DNA from: Thermodesulfobacteriota bacterium
GTDB lineage: Bacteria > Desulfobacterota > Anaeroferrophillalia > Anaeroferrophillales > Tharpellaceae
Reading direction: 5' to 3'
NCBI GenBank assembly: GCA_024763535.1
Contig: JANTFH010000008.1
Span: forward strand, 1,948-65,947
Length of the DNA stretch: 64,000 nt
Shown here: positions 39,060-49,359 of the stretch, in pieces
How positions within the stretch are numbered: the first letter of the stretch is position 1
Layout: the number at the start of each line of letters is the position of its first letter
The notes under the pieces: generated by a model
Database searches by the model: none
Told to the model about the DNA's origin: nothing
What the model saw: the letters and a program-made list of their open reading frames with translations, nothing else
Program-made: the position numbers and the translations under genes

Positions 39060-40280
39060 ATGGATAAATGCAACTCTATTATGAGAACCTTTCTTGTATC
39101 TCTATCGTTAATTTTTGTTCTGATTTTTTTAAGCTCCTGTACCGGAGTTCAACCTGAAAATATATCGGAGGCAAAGATGATCTCTTCACCTTATGTGGAT
39201 CCCGATACTATGGAGCGGGATGAGATTATTCATCTGCCGACGGGCACTCAGTTGAACCAATCGGAACTGTTCGATCTGCTGGCCGATAAGAAAATTATTT
39301 TCATCGGTGAGGGTCATGACAACATCTATGACCATGAGGTAGAACTTGAGGTTATAAAGGCTCTTTCCCATCGGTTTCCCGGACGGTTGGCAGTCGGTTT
39401 TGAGATGCTGGCTTCTGTTAATCAGGGGAAAGTCGATAGTTGGCTGCGGGGTGAATTGACGGAAGACGATTTTATTCGCCTTTTTGCCGCCGATTGGGGG
39501 ATTGCTGATTACGCTTACTACCGTGATATTTTCTCATTTCTTCTGGCTAACCGGATACCGGTTCGGGCACTTAATGTCAGTCGTAGTGAGAAAATGAAGA
39601 AAATGCGCACTTATAAATCCTCGTCGGACTCAAAGACCGCAATAACTGATCCCTACCAGGATAAAGCTTTGCGGGCCATGTTTAAGGGACATACCGAGGG
39701 CCATGGCAACATTGATATATTTCTGGAGATTCATAAACTCTGGGAAACCACTATGGCTCGCAATATCAGGGATTATCTTTCGAGCCCTGCCGGAAAAGAT
39801 AAGATTCTTGTGGTTATCGCCGGGGGCTTTCATGTGGCTCAGGGATTCGGCCTGCCGCGCCGGGTCTTTCAAATGCTTAAAGCTGACTACACAACCCTCT
39901 TAACTCACACGCCGCCGGCACTGGTTGAGAATGAACGTCGGACCATGGAGGTTGATTTCCCGGATCTGCCTCTATATCTCTGTGATTATCTCTGGTGTGT
40001 TCCCTACCGCAACCTTAAAGATAAACAGGCCCGTCTCGGTGTCGGTCTTGAGCCGGACGAACACGGTATCCGGATTGTTATGGTTGAGCCTGAAAGTGTG
40101 GCCGCCAGTCACGGCCTCAAGGTTGGTGATCTGATAGTCAGTGGTGACGATCAATCTTTGCATGATCCTCTTGACCTCTCTCTGCAACTTTTGCGTAAGG
40201 AAAAAGGTGATACGATAACCCTGGAAATCAAAAGAGATGGTAAATTACTGGTTGAAAAAATATCTTTTGAGAGTAAGTGA
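39060..40280 (+). CDS. ChaN-family (haem-binding/TIKI-like) lipoprotein with C-terminal PDZ domain
   Basis: Lipobox LSSC; IGEGHD, GFEM, AGGFHV; C-terminal RLGV...GLKVGDLI...KRDG PDZ pattern. Confidence 0.75.
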   Translation: MDKCNSIMRTFLVSLSLIFVLIFLSSCTGVQPENISEAKMISSPYVDPDTMERDEIIHLPTGTQLNQSELFDLLADKKIIFIGEGHDNIYDHEVELEVIKALSHRFPGRLAVGFEMLASVNQGKVDSWLRGELTEDDFIRLFAADWGIADYAYYRDIFSFLLANRIPVRALNVSRSEKMKKMRTYKSSSDSKTAITDPYQDKALRAMFKGHTEGHGNIDIFLEIHKLWETTMARNIRDYLSSPAGKDKILVVIAGGFHVAQGFGLPRRVFQMLKADYTTLLTHTPPALVENERRTMEVDFPDLPLYLCDYLWCVPYRNLKDKQARLGVGLEPDEHGIRIVMVEPESVAASHGLKVGDLIVSGDDQSLHDPLDLSLQLLRKEKGDTITLEIKRDGKLLVEKISFESK

Positions 40281-40291
40281 AAACCAGGGTT

Positions 40292-40435
40292 TCACTTTAC
40301 GCTTTCGGTTTTACCGGGCCAGTCGGTATAGTAGTAAGCGTAGTACATGTAGCCGACATAGAGCAGAAAAACAATGCCCAGTCCCATCAGAATTCTACCT
40401 AAAATACGATTTACCTTTCTTCTGTTAAAAGCCAT
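40292..40435 (-). CDS. Unannotated 47-aa single-pass membrane microprotein
   Basis: MAFNRRKVNRILGRILMGLGIVFLLYVGYMYYAYYYTDWPGKTESVK*; SD AGGAG 5 nt before the ATG; basic N-terminus followed by one hydrophobic helix. Confidence 0.7.
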   Translation of the reverse strand: MAFNRRKVNRILGRILMGLGIVFLLYVGYMYYAYYYTDWPGKTESVK

Positions 40436-40506
40436 TTTTACTCCTGCCGCAGGTTGCCTGCTGATTAAATATCAATTCGCCCTACTTAAATTTAATTCTG
40501 ATTAAC

Positions 40507-42795
40507 TTAATTTTTTAGTGATAAAAAAGTGTTGCGGACGGTCGTGTCGACATTTGTGCATCCTCTTTTCAGGGCATATTGCTGGCCGATCAGGTAGACC
40601 TTTTTTTCGGCCCGGGTGATGGCCGTGTAGAACCACTGGTTGTTGAGCATCATGAAATGGCTGTTACTTAAAGGTATAGCCACATATTTGTACTGGCTGC
40701 CCTGAGCTTTGTGAACGGTCAGGCAGTAGGCCAGATCGATAATATCACGAATCTGATCGAAGGTATAGCGCACCACCAGCGGCCCCGGGTAGATCACGTA
40801 AAAAAGTTCATTGTCGGGATCTATCTCTTTAATGATGCCGACAAAGCCGTTGAAAATGCGCTGCCGGCGCCAGGTATGATTATGGCTGGGCAGGGTTTCG
40901 GCCCGATAACGGGCGCACTCCATATCTTTGTTCTGCAGGTGTACGACCTTGTCGTTAACCTTGAAGATTGTGCCGAAACGCTCCGTCTGCGGGGCCGCTT
41001 CCGGATTAAAAACCTTCTGCAGCTGATGGTTCAGCAGTTCCGTACCCAGAGGGCCGCGCCGGACCGGGGTCAAAACCTGAAAATCCCAGGTTGGAAATTT
41101 TAAACGTTTAACCGCTTTGGCCGCCAACTCCAGAATGAGTTCACGAATCCGGTTATTGCACATACCCCGAATCTCCCGCAGCTCCTTCTCCGGCAATTCT
41201 TTTTTTAACTGCATGTAATTTGGAATATCTTCGCGCATATAGATAAAATCTTCATAGCTTTTCTCATAATCCGGCGGCATTTCGCCTTTACGGATAATAT
41301 TGGCAAAATAGACCAGCACCGAATCCTCACTCTGCCGGAAGATTCGGGTTAAACTGGTATGGGCCAGGTAGGGTTTGTCGAGAATGTCGGCAAAGACGTT
41401 ACCCGCACCGATCGGCGGCAGCTGAGCCGGATCCCCGATCATGATAAAGATGGTTTCCGGAGAGATGGCCTGAGTCAGACGATAGAATATCTGAGTGTTG
41501 ACCATGCCCGCTTCATCTAAGAGGATGACCTTGTAGGGCAGGGGTTTATCGCGGTTGAATTCGAAACGGTTATCGCCCTGGTAGCGGAGCAGTGAATGGA
41601 TGGTGTAGGCCTGAAAACCGCTCAGTTTGCGAATTCTGGCGGCCGCCATGCCGGTAAAAGCGCAGCAGGTTATCTGTTTCCGGTCACAGAAATTTTCCTC
41701 CAGCAGATTGAGCAGGAGTCGGGCGATAGTCGATTTTCCGGTGCCGGCATAACCTGAAAGGGCGTAGAGGCGGCGTTTACCGGTAGCTACCGTGGTGATG
41801 ATCTGCCGCTGTTCCGGGGCCAGATCAAAACCGAGCCGCTGCCGCTGCCGATCGATAAAAGGTTCAAGCCCGCTAATTTTATATAGAGGTTGAAATCGTT
41901 CCCGGGAGCGGTCACGGAAGAAATTGTCAAGGAAACTCTCCATAAAATGGAAGGCCTTTAAGGCGATAAAATTTTGCTGCCGGTCAAGAACCAGATTGCC
42001 TTTTTGCTCCATTTTTTCGATAGTCTCAGTGAAAACCGCCGGGTTGATCTTTTCTTCATCGCTATCATCCAGGAGTTCGCTGAGCTGTTGCGACAGGGTC
42101 TCAAGTTCAAGATATGTATGGCCATTCTGGTCGCCGGCTTCGAGCAGCAGATGATTAATTGCCGCTTCAACCCGGTGGGGCGAGGTAAAACTCAAACCAA
42201 GTTTTCGGGCTATGTCGTCGGCGGTCTTGAAACCGATGCCGCGAATTTCGGTAAGCGAGTAGGGGTTGACGCGAATCATGCGCACCGCGTCATCACCTAA
42301 AGCGTTGAAGATACGGATCAGAAGATTGGGGGTAATGCCGTGCGGCAGCAGGAATTTCGAAAGTTCTCTTAAGTTTTTCTGTTTTTCCCACGAGCCTTTA
42401 ATCTGTTTTAACTTTTTCTCTTTTATGCCTTTGAACTCAAGCAGTTTCTCCGGCTCATCATCGAGAATCCGGACAACCTCTTTTTCGCCGTAGTGAGCCA
42501 GCAGTCTGTGGGCAAGTTTATCGCCCAGACCTTTAACCACCTTGGCGAGAAAGTAGAAGGTCTCATTGGTGATGATCCGGGCGCCGGCAAATGCAAACTG
42601 GCGGCCGTAGCGGCTCATCTCCCACTGACCTTTGAATTCAAACTCAACCCCCTGCAGTTTGCCTCCGGCCAGGGCTTCAGGCAGATTGCCGACCGCGGTT
42701 ATAAGTCCTTTCCCGCTCTCGCCCTTGAGCACGACATAGCCGTTTTCCGGGTTGTTGTAACTTACTCTTTTAACTCGGCACTGGATAGTTTCCAT
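40507..42795 (-). CDS. recD2: RecD2-like SF1B DNA helicase
   Basis: N-terminal OB/HhH region (GIGFKTADDIA), GYAGTGKST, LDEAGM, GDPAQLPPIGAG, TVHKAQGS, YTAITRA. Confidence 0.9.
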   Translation of the reverse strand: METIQCRVKRVSYNNPENGYVVLKGESGKGLITAVGNLPEALAGGKLQGVEFEFKGQWEMSRYGRQFAFAGARIITNETFYFLAKVVKGLGDKLAHRLLAHYGEKEVVRILDDEPEKLLEFKGIKEKKLKQIKGSWEKQKNLRELSKFLLPHGITPNLLIRIFNALGDDAVRMIRVNPYSLTEIRGIGFKTADDIARKLGLSFTSPHRVEAAINHLLLEAGDQNGHTYLELETLSQQLSELLDDSDEEKINPAVFTETIEKMEQKGNLVLDRQQNFIALKAFHFMESFLDNFFRDRSRERFQPLYKISGLEPFIDRQRQRLGFDLAPEQRQIITTVATGKRRLYALSGYAGTGKSTIARLLLNLLEENFCDRKQITCCAFTGMAAARIRKLSGFQAYTIHSLLRYQGDNRFEFNRDKPLPYKVILLDEAGMVNTQIFYRLTQAISPETIFIMIGDPAQLPPIGAGNVFADILDKPYLAHTSLTRIFRQSEDSVLVYFANIIRKGEMPPDYEKSYEDFIYMREDIPNYMQLKKELPEKELREIRGMCNNRIRELILELAAKAVKRLKFPTWDFQVLTPVRRGPLGTELLNHQLQKVFNPEAAPQTERFGTIFKVNDKVVHLQNKDMECARYRAETLPSHNHTWRRQRIFNGFVGIIKEIDPDNELFYVIYPGPLVVRYTFDQIRDIIDLAYCLTVHKAQGSQYKYVAIPLSNSHFMMLNNQWFYTAITRAEKKVYLIGQQYALKRGCTNVDTTVRNTFLSLKN

Positions 42796-43029
42796 GGCCT
42801 TTATCTACCTTGTTGCCGATCTTTTGGCAACCCTTTTAGGTCTCTTCCGGTCGGGGAAATTTTACCGCCTGTCGGTGAAGAGTTTTTCGCCTAATTTAAG
42901 GTCGGGACAGGAAATTAAAGTAAAGCTGAACCGGAGTCAATATTTGCAGTTCGGGTGCGGGGTGCGGTCTGAATATTGCTTTATTCCTGAAGCTTCATGA
43001 TTTTAACTGTAACAAAAAAGGGAAGTTAT

Positions 43030-44595
43030 ATGCTGATCACTGAAATTCTGGCCCGGAACGGGCGTATGTATGCGGATGAAACCGCTCTGATTGAAAGAGA
43101 TCCGGAAAATAGTATCCGTCGCGAGATAAGCTGGTCGGAATTTGACCGGCAGGCGAACCAGATTGCCAATCTTCTGCGTTCCCGGGGTGTCGGTCCCGGC
43201 AGTAAGGTGGTTCATCTCTTTATGAATTCGCTGGAATGGCTGCCGCTCTATTTCGGTATTTTGCGGAGCGGGGCCTGGGTGGTGCCGCTGAATTTCCGTT
43301 TCGACAGTGAAAATATCAAACATTGCGTGACGGTGACTGAAGCCGATGTTATGTTTTTCGGCCCCGAATTTTACAGCCGGGTGGCGGCCGTGAAAGATGA
43401 TTTGCATTCGGTAAAATATTTTTTCAGTCTCGGTCCCTGTGATCTTGAAGGGGTTGAAAACTATCTCGATCTGCTCGATGGTTGCGATGTCTGTGACCCG
43501 CAGTTGAAATTCAGCCCGGATGACAGTGCGGCTCTCTATTTTACCTCCGGTACCACGGGTATGCCGAAACCGATCCTTTTGACCCACGGCAACCTTGAAT
43601 CCTCCTGTATTGTCGAAAACCGGCACCACCTTCAGACTCATGACGATAACTTTATCCTCATTCCGCCGCTCTATCATACCGGCGCCAAGATGCACTGGTT
43701 CGGTAACTTTATTGTCGGGGCCAAAGCGGTAATTCTTAAAGGGGCCAAACCCGAATGGATACTAGATGCGGTTTCGGAAGAGGGCGGCACTATCGTCTGG
43801 CTGCTGGTTCCCTGGGCTCAGGATATCCTGAACGCGATTGAAAACGGAACCGTCGATCTGAAAAAGTACAAACTTGACCAGTGGCGGCTGATGCATATCG
43901 GGGCGCAACCGGTGCCGCCGAGCCTGATTAAGGAGTGGCTGCAGACTTTCCCCGGACATGACTACGATACCAATTACGGTCTGAGTGAATCGACCGGTCC
44001 CGGCTGTGTCCATCTCGGCCTGGGCAACACCCACAAGGTCGGGGCGATCGGCATCCCCGGTTTTGACTGGGAGTGCCGGATCGTCGATGCCCTCGGAGAA
44101 CCGGTAGGCAAAGGCGGTAAAGGGGAACTGGTGGTTAGAGGCCCCGGAGTTATGCGTGAATATTACAAAAATCCGGAGGAGACGGCTCGTTCTCTCAGGG
44201 ATGGATGGCTCTACACCGGGGATGTCGCGCAGATGGATGAGGATGGTTTTATCTTCCTTGTCGATCGCAAAAAAGATATCATTATTACCGGCGGCGAGAA
44301 CATCTTTCCGGTTGAGATTGAAGATTTTCTCCAGGGGCATAAAGATATCAACGACGTTGCGGTTATAGGTCTGCCGGATGAACGCCTCGGTGAAATAGTG
44401 GCCGCAATTATCGATGTGAAACCGGGCCGCCGGCTCAATGATGCCGATATGGAGTCTTTCTGTCAGGATCTGCCACGTTACAAGCGGCCGAAAACTTTTT
44501 TCTTTGATAATATACCCCGGAACCCTACCGGCAAGATTGAAAAACCGAAACTGCGGGAAAAATATGCTGGTCATCAGGAGATGTTTAAGCTATAG
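43030..44595 (+). CDS. Acyl-CoA synthetase / AMP-binding (class I adenylate-forming) enzyme
   Basis: FTSGTTGMPK, YGLSES, GWLYTGD, DRKKDIIITGGEN, PRNPTGKI. Confidence 0.92.
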   Translation: MLITEILARNGRMYADETALIERDPENSIRREISWSEFDRQANQIANLLRSRGVGPGSKVVHLFMNSLEWLPLYFGILRSGAWVVPLNFRFDSENIKHCVTVTEADVMFFGPEFYSRVAAVKDDLHSVKYFFSLGPCDLEGVENYLDLLDGCDVCDPQLKFSPDDSAALYFTSGTTGMPKPILLTHGNLESSCIVENRHHLQTHDDNFILIPPLYHTGAKMHWFGNFIVGAKAVILKGAKPEWILDAVSEEGGTIVWLLVPWAQDILNAIENGTVDLKKYKLDQWRLMHIGAQPVPPSLIKEWLQTFPGHDYDTNYGLSESTGPGCVHLGLGNTHKVGAIGIPGFDWECRIVDALGEPVGKGGKGELVVRGPGVMREYYKNPEETARSLRDGWLYTGDVAQMDEDGFIFLVDRKKDIIITGGENIFPVEIEDFLQGHKDINDVAVIGLPDERLGEIVAAIIDVKPGRRLNDADMESFCQDLPRYKRPKTFFFDNIPRNPTGKIEKPKLREKYAGHQEMFKL

Positions 44596-44682
44596 TAGAA
44601 AAGATGTGGCTGGGTTCAGAACAGGAGTGTAGCCACATCTATTTTCAACTGCCGGCAGGCTTGCGTTCTGACAGGAAAACCC

Positions 44683-45339
44683 GTGCTTCTATTTCGTCGT
44701 GAACAGCGTGAACATAACCTCTTGAAACAGAGGATGACTAAAGTCAATACCGCTTTGGCCAAACTTTTTGACGGCCCCACTATTGCCAGGGTCGCGAAAG
44801 AGCTTGGCCTTATCGGTCCGAACAAGAGACTTAATCTGGAAAAAGAGGGCGATACCAGCGCGCTGGTCGATCTGCTCATCTTTCGGGAAAAGATCGACGG
44901 CCGCAATCCGGTTGAGGTCTATCTCGAGCAGCAGGATAATGAATTTTTTCCGGCTCTGCAGCGCCAGCTTCTGGAAGCCTACCTGAACCAGAACCGTTTT
45001 TCCCTTTTTAAGATGACCGCCCGGCGTGAACGCCGTTATCTTGATATGGTACCGTTATTCCCGGATGAGGATAAGGGTATTGTCCTGGATGATTCCATCC
45101 TGGCCCGGGTGGCGGATGATGACTGGATCCTGGCCGGGCGCTTTATACCCTGGAAAGGACATTGGATTCATGTCGATCTGATCTACGTTTTTGATTATAC
45201 GGCGGAAGAGAAGATCTTTTCCGAGTTTGCCAAAATCGATCCAAAAACCAGTCTGCCATATATTGCTACCCCGGCCCGATACCCCCATTTTTTCTTTAGA
45301 ATCTATCGCGAATTCGGCATTCCCCTCGGCAATCGCTAG
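44683..45339 (+). CDS. Hypothetical protein
   Basis: 218-aa ORF with globular-looking composition filling the gap between genes; no motif firmly recognised; start uncertain. Confidence 0.6.
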   Translation: MLLFRREQREHNLLKQRMTKVNTALAKLFDGPTIARVAKELGLIGPNKRLNLEKEGDTSALVDLLIFREKIDGRNPVEVYLEQQDNEFFPALQRQLLEAYLNQNRFSLFKMTARRERRYLDMVPLFPDEDKGIVLDDSILARVADDDWILAGRFIPWKGHWIHVDLIYVFDYTAEEKIFSEFAKIDPKTSLPYIATPARYPHFFFRIYREFGIPLGNR

Positions 45340-45403
45340 TCGTATGAATTCTGATTCAACTCTATTAACTACCTTTAATTATAAAGAATTATAGAGATTT
45401 TTC

Positions 45404-45431
45404 TTGCAATTTCATTTTTTTCTGCTATATT
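45404..45431 (+). promoter_or_regulatory. Sigma70-type promoter of rpoH
   Basis: TTGCAA-16nt-TATATT with an extended TG; its -10 overlaps the CIRCE left arm. Confidence 0.55.
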
Positions 45432-45456
45432 AGCACTCAGCCTGATAGAGTGCTAA
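45430..45456. promoter_or_regulatory. CIRCE operator (HrcA binding site)
   Basis: Perfect TTAGCACTC-N9-GAGTGCTAA. Confidence 0.97.
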
Positions 45457-45480
45457 TAAATAAGCGGAGGTGAAGATCTT

Positions 45481-46338
45481 ATGGAAAAATCTTTAGCTTT
45501 AATAAATACTGATTCCTTTTCAAGTTACATCGCCGAGATCAACCGCATTCCTTTGCTCACTCCGGAAGAGGAGACCGAGCTGGCGCGGCATTACAAAAAA
45601 AATCAGGATATTAAAACAGCTCACCGTTTAGTGACTGCAAATCTGCGTTTTGTGGTAAAGATCGCGGGTGAGTACCGCGGTTACCGGATGCGCATGATGG
45701 ATCTTGTCCAGGAGGGCAATTTAGGTCTGATGCGGGCGGTGAAAAAATTTGATCCCGAACGCGGGTATCGTCTGATTTCGTACGCGGTCTGGTGGATTCG
45801 CGCCTATATTCAGGACTACATTATCCGTTCCTGGAGTCTGGTTAAGGTTGGTACTACCCAGTTGCAGAAGAAACTCTTCTTCAAACTCGGTAAAGTTCGT
45901 GGCTTTCTCGATGGTGACGAGGTTGATACAGCTGAGATAAACGCTCTGGCTGACGGTTCTGAAAATGATGCCAAGGTTAGAGACTTCTGCCAGCGTCTCA
46001 ACGCCCGCGATTTTTCGCTTGACCGGATGATCTCTGATAATAACACCACCTATCTGGATATGCTGGCGGATGAGAGTGACGGCCAGGAGGAGCTGCTTTT
46101 GAATCAGGAGGCCGAAATCAATCGGAAAGAGTTGATTAACCAGGCCCTTAAAGAGTTGACTCCGCGGGAGCAGGAGGTTATCAGCGGCCGTTTTTTTGCC
46201 GGAGTTTCCAAAACCCTGCAGGATGTCGGTGATGAACTTGGTATTACCCGGGAGCGGGTCCGTCAGCTTGAGAGTAATGCCTTGAAGAAACTTCACAAAA
46301 TCCTCGGCGCTAATGCTGAGATGCTGATCGCGACCTGA
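45481..46338 (+). CDS. rpoH: Heat-shock sigma factor RpoH (sigma32 family)
   Basis: RpoH box WSLVKVGTTQLQKKLFFKL; NLRFVVKIA, SYAVWWIRAYI; upstream CIRCE; SD GGAGG. Confidence 0.92.
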   Translation: MEKSLALINTDSFSSYIAEINRIPLLTPEEETELARHYKKNQDIKTAHRLVTANLRFVVKIAGEYRGYRMRMMDLVQEGNLGLMRAVKKFDPERGYRLISYAVWWIRAYIQDYIIRSWSLVKVGTTQLQKKLFFKLGKVRGFLDGDEVDTAEINALADGSENDAKVRDFCQRLNARDFSLDRMISDNNTTYLDMLADESDGQEELLLNQEAEINRKELINQALKELTPREQEVISGRFFAGVSKTLQDVGDELGITRERVRQLESNALKKLHKILGANAEMLIAT

Positions 46339-46380
46339 AAACTACCTTGGCAAAACCAAGATAGCAGAGTTACAATCTAT

Positions 46381-46415
46381 AAAATCCCGGTAAATTTTTT
46401 ACCGGGATTTTTTTT
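46381..46415 (+). terminator. Intrinsic terminator after rpoH
   Basis: AAAATCCCGGTAA / TTACCGGGATTTT stem with a long T tract. Confidence 0.85.
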
Positions 46416-46552
46416 GTTTCATATCTTAGATGGTTATCAAAAGCGCTTATACTTTGCTTGACGTAAATTGATTTGCAATGTAGTGATAGACAGCCGGGTG
46501 ACTATCTTCCGCCCGGCAAACTCAGCTCCTTATTTTCTGGTTGATTTTTGAT

Positions 46553-49246
46553 ATGGGTATCTATAATCTCGACAAGATCTTCTCTTCCGCCCCCTCTTCC
46601 AACTCGGTTATCGCCATCATAAGCTCAGGTTCCTGCCGCCGGCAGAGTAAAGAGTGGCAGCTCTACCGGAATCTGCTTAACGACGAAAGTTCCCGTCAGA
46701 TATATCTGATTGATCACGGTCACGCACATCTGTCCGGATGTCCGGTTGCGGTATCCGATATTTATAGCTCTCTTAAAGACCTGCCGGAAGCGCCGGAGCT
46801 GGTTGTGACCCTGGGGCCGCTGGCCGATATCCCCGAACTGCTCGACGGATGTGGAGTTCTCAGGGTCAGCTGTCTGGTGGTTATGAGTTCTAAAACCGAT
46901 CTTGAAAGTGATCGTCTCAAGGTTGAAATAGCTGCCCGGGCCAGGAAAAACCGGATCCGTATACTGGGGCTTAATTCCGCCGGATTTATGGTCCCGGCCG
47001 CCCGTATAAATCTATCCCTGTTTAATATCGAGGTTAGCGGCGGCAGGCTGGCGCTGCTTTCTCAGAGTGGGGCGGTGATCACCTCGGTTTTGGAGGTTGC
47101 CCGAAAGCGGGGGAGTGGTTTCAGTCATATTGTCGGTCTCGGTAATCTCAACGATATCAACTTCGGAGATATGATCGATTATCTCGGCTGGTCTGCCAAA
47201 GTCAGCTGTATTCTGCTCTACCTGGAGAACATTAAGGATGTAAAAAATTTCATGAGTGCCTGTCGATCGGTAGCCATGATTAAACCGATTGTTGCCATCA
47301 AAGCCGGCAAGAGTGAATTGGGTCGTAAGCTTGTAGAGAAACATACCGGTTGTCAGGCGGGGGATGATCCGGTCTATGATACAGCCTTTCGTCGAGCCGG
47401 AATAATCCGGGTGGAGAGTATTGATGAGTTGTTGACCGCCGGCGATTTCCTGATTAATCATAAGGTTCCGGCCGGTCGGCGGTTGGGAATTGTGACTAAT
47501 TCCGGTGGTTTAGGTATCATGGCGGTTGATGCTCTGGCCTCAAGGTCGATTTCGGTTTCAGAACTGTCGGCTGATTTAAGTCGCCGGCTTAAAGAGTTTG
47601 TCGCTCCCTATTCCGGATCACTCGATCCTATCTGTATCGCGGCGGATGCGGATGAAGAGCGCTACCGGAAGGTTTTGGAGCTTATATTCGCGGCCAGGGA
47701 ATTTGATACAATAATCGTGATCATGGTCTTGAATAGTGACCTTGATCCGGTGTCGTTAGTAGAAAAAATTCGTCCGGCGGCGGCCGCCGCCCGCGTCCAT
47801 CTGGTCTATGCCTGGATAGGCGATCAAAATTATTCGGTGGCGGAAATTGCCGGACTTGATGATTGCAGTACCCGAATATGTTTCACGGTTGAAGATGCAA
47901 TATTGAGCTGTTACTACGCTCTGCGTTATTATGAGAAACTTTCCAAGCTGGTGCTCACTCCGCAGCGCTACAGCTCGGATGTCGGTTATAACCGGGAGCA
48001 ACTGGCTCGGGCCCGGGAGTCGGTAGAGAGCTATCTTGATAATCGTATCAGCAGTTTAAGTTCGCACGCGACCCGTAAGTTTATCGCCCTCTACGGCCTG
48101 CCCGTTAACCCTTCTTATATAACAACCTCCCTCTCCGATACCCTGCGGCTGAGTGCGAACCTGGGTTATCCGGTAGTCATGAAAATAAATTGTCACTCCT
48201 TTGATTATAAGAGAGATATAGCCGGTATAATCCTTAACCTGCATAATGACGATGCCGTGCGTAAGGGTTTTACTTACCTTAACAAAATCGCGCTGGAGGC
48301 CGGTCTGAGCGATTTCAATCTCATCCTTGAGAAGATGGTTGAGGGTGTCGACTACGAGGTTAATCTCGGCAGTCGTTACGATATTGAGTTCGGTCCCTAT
48401 ATCTTTCTCGGCCCCGGTGGGGTAGCATCCCGGGTAACGGCTGATGAAGCTGTTATTCTGCCTCCTCTGGATCGTAATCTGGCCGGGAGGTTAATCGATC
48501 GGACCCGGCTTTCCCGCTGCTATCGTGAGGTTAGAACTTTCGATCTCGAAGCCTTAAAGGATATTCTGGTCAGACTTTCCCAGATGGTGGTTGATCTTCC
48601 TGAGATTGAAACCCTGATTTTCGATCCTTTAACTATTACCGGCGACCGTCTGTTGATTGTCGATGCCAAGCTTAAACTTAAACCATGTGAGATAGCATCA
48701 CCTGCCCATTTGACGACTACTCCATATCCCAATCAGTATGAATTTAATGAAACCTTAAAGGACGGCACCGCGGTTCTGATTCGGCCGATAAAACCTGAAG
48801 ATGCCGCCGCTCATCACTGCATGGTGGCTGGTTTCTCACCCCAGACCCGGTATTTCAGATTTTTTTCCTTGAGGGAGGAGATAACTCCGGAACAGCTGGC
48901 CCGGTTTACGCAGATCGATTATGAGCGGGAGATTGCCATGATTGCCGAGGTTGAAAATGATGGTGAAAAGATCAGTATCGGGGTCAACCGTCTGATCTTT
49001 TATCCGCATACAGGAGAGTATGAATTTGCTATCGTCGTAACTGATCGATGGCAACACAGCGGGGCCGGATATCTGTTGATGGATAAGTTGATATATGTCG
49101 CCAAAGATCGCGGTATAAAAGAGATTTTCGGACTGGTTTTAAGAGATAATTTGACCATGATGAATTTTATCAAAAAATTTGGTTTTGAGGTTGTTGAAAG
49201 AGAAATAGATGTCTGCCGCGTGCGTCTCAAGCTGGTTGACGACTGA
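46553..49246 (+). CDS. Acetate-CoA ligase (NDP-forming)-like / GNAT fusion (Pat/YfiQ-type protein lysine acetyltransferase)
   Basis: SQSGA, LYLE, KHTG, TNSGGLG, ATP-grasp region, then PYP...IRPIKPED...RYFRFF...QIDYERE GNAT domain. Confidence 0.85.
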   Translation: MGIYNLDKIFSSAPSSNSVIAIISSGSCRRQSKEWQLYRNLLNDESSRQIYLIDHGHAHLSGCPVAVSDIYSSLKDLPEAPELVVTLGPLADIPELLDGCGVLRVSCLVVMSSKTDLESDRLKVEIAARARKNRIRILGLNSAGFMVPAARINLSLFNIEVSGGRLALLSQSGAVITSVLEVARKRGSGFSHIVGLGNLNDINFGDMIDYLGWSAKVSCILLYLENIKDVKNFMSACRSVAMIKPIVAIKAGKSELGRKLVEKHTGCQAGDDPVYDTAFRRAGIIRVESIDELLTAGDFLINHKVPAGRRLGIVTNSGGLGIMAVDALASRSISVSELSADLSRRLKEFVAPYSGSLDPICIAADADEERYRKVLELIFAAREFDTIIVIMVLNSDLDPVSLVEKIRPAAAAARVHLVYAWIGDQNYSVAEIAGLDDCSTRICFTVEDAILSCYYALRYYEKLSKLVLTPQRYSSDVGYNREQLARARESVESYLDNRISSLSSHATRKFIALYGLPVNPSYITTSLSDTLRLSANLGYPVVMKINCHSFDYKRDIAGIILNLHNDDAVRKGFTYLNKIALEAGLSDFNLILEKMVEGVDYEVNLGSRYDIEFGPYIFLGPGGVASRVTADEAVILPPLDRNLAGRLIDRTRLSRCYREVRTFDLEALKDILVRLSQMVVDLPEIETLIFDPLTITGDRLLIVDAKLKLKPCEIASPAHLTTTPYPNQYEFNETLKDGTAVLIRPIKPEDAAAHHCMVAGFSPQTRYFRFFSLREEITPEQLARFTQIDYEREIAMIAEVENDGEKISIGVNRLIFYPHTGEYEFAIVVTDRWQHSGAGYLLMDKLIYVAKDRGIKEIFGLVLRDNLTMMNFIKKFGFEVVEREIDVCRVRLKLVDD

Positions 49247-49359
49247 AATTTTTTGCTTGGAAAACTCCGTTCGGTGTGTTAGTGCCACTGCTTCACGGGT
49301 AATTCAATTTACCCGCAAATATTTTTAAACTCATCTTTCCTAAAACGGTCGTTTATCTG

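Noticed and set aside
46494-46522. GCCGGGTG/CGCCCGGC hairpin followed by AAAC as a c-di-GMP riboswitch
   Set aside because: The second stem and other conserved aptamer features are missing; just a short leader hairpin.
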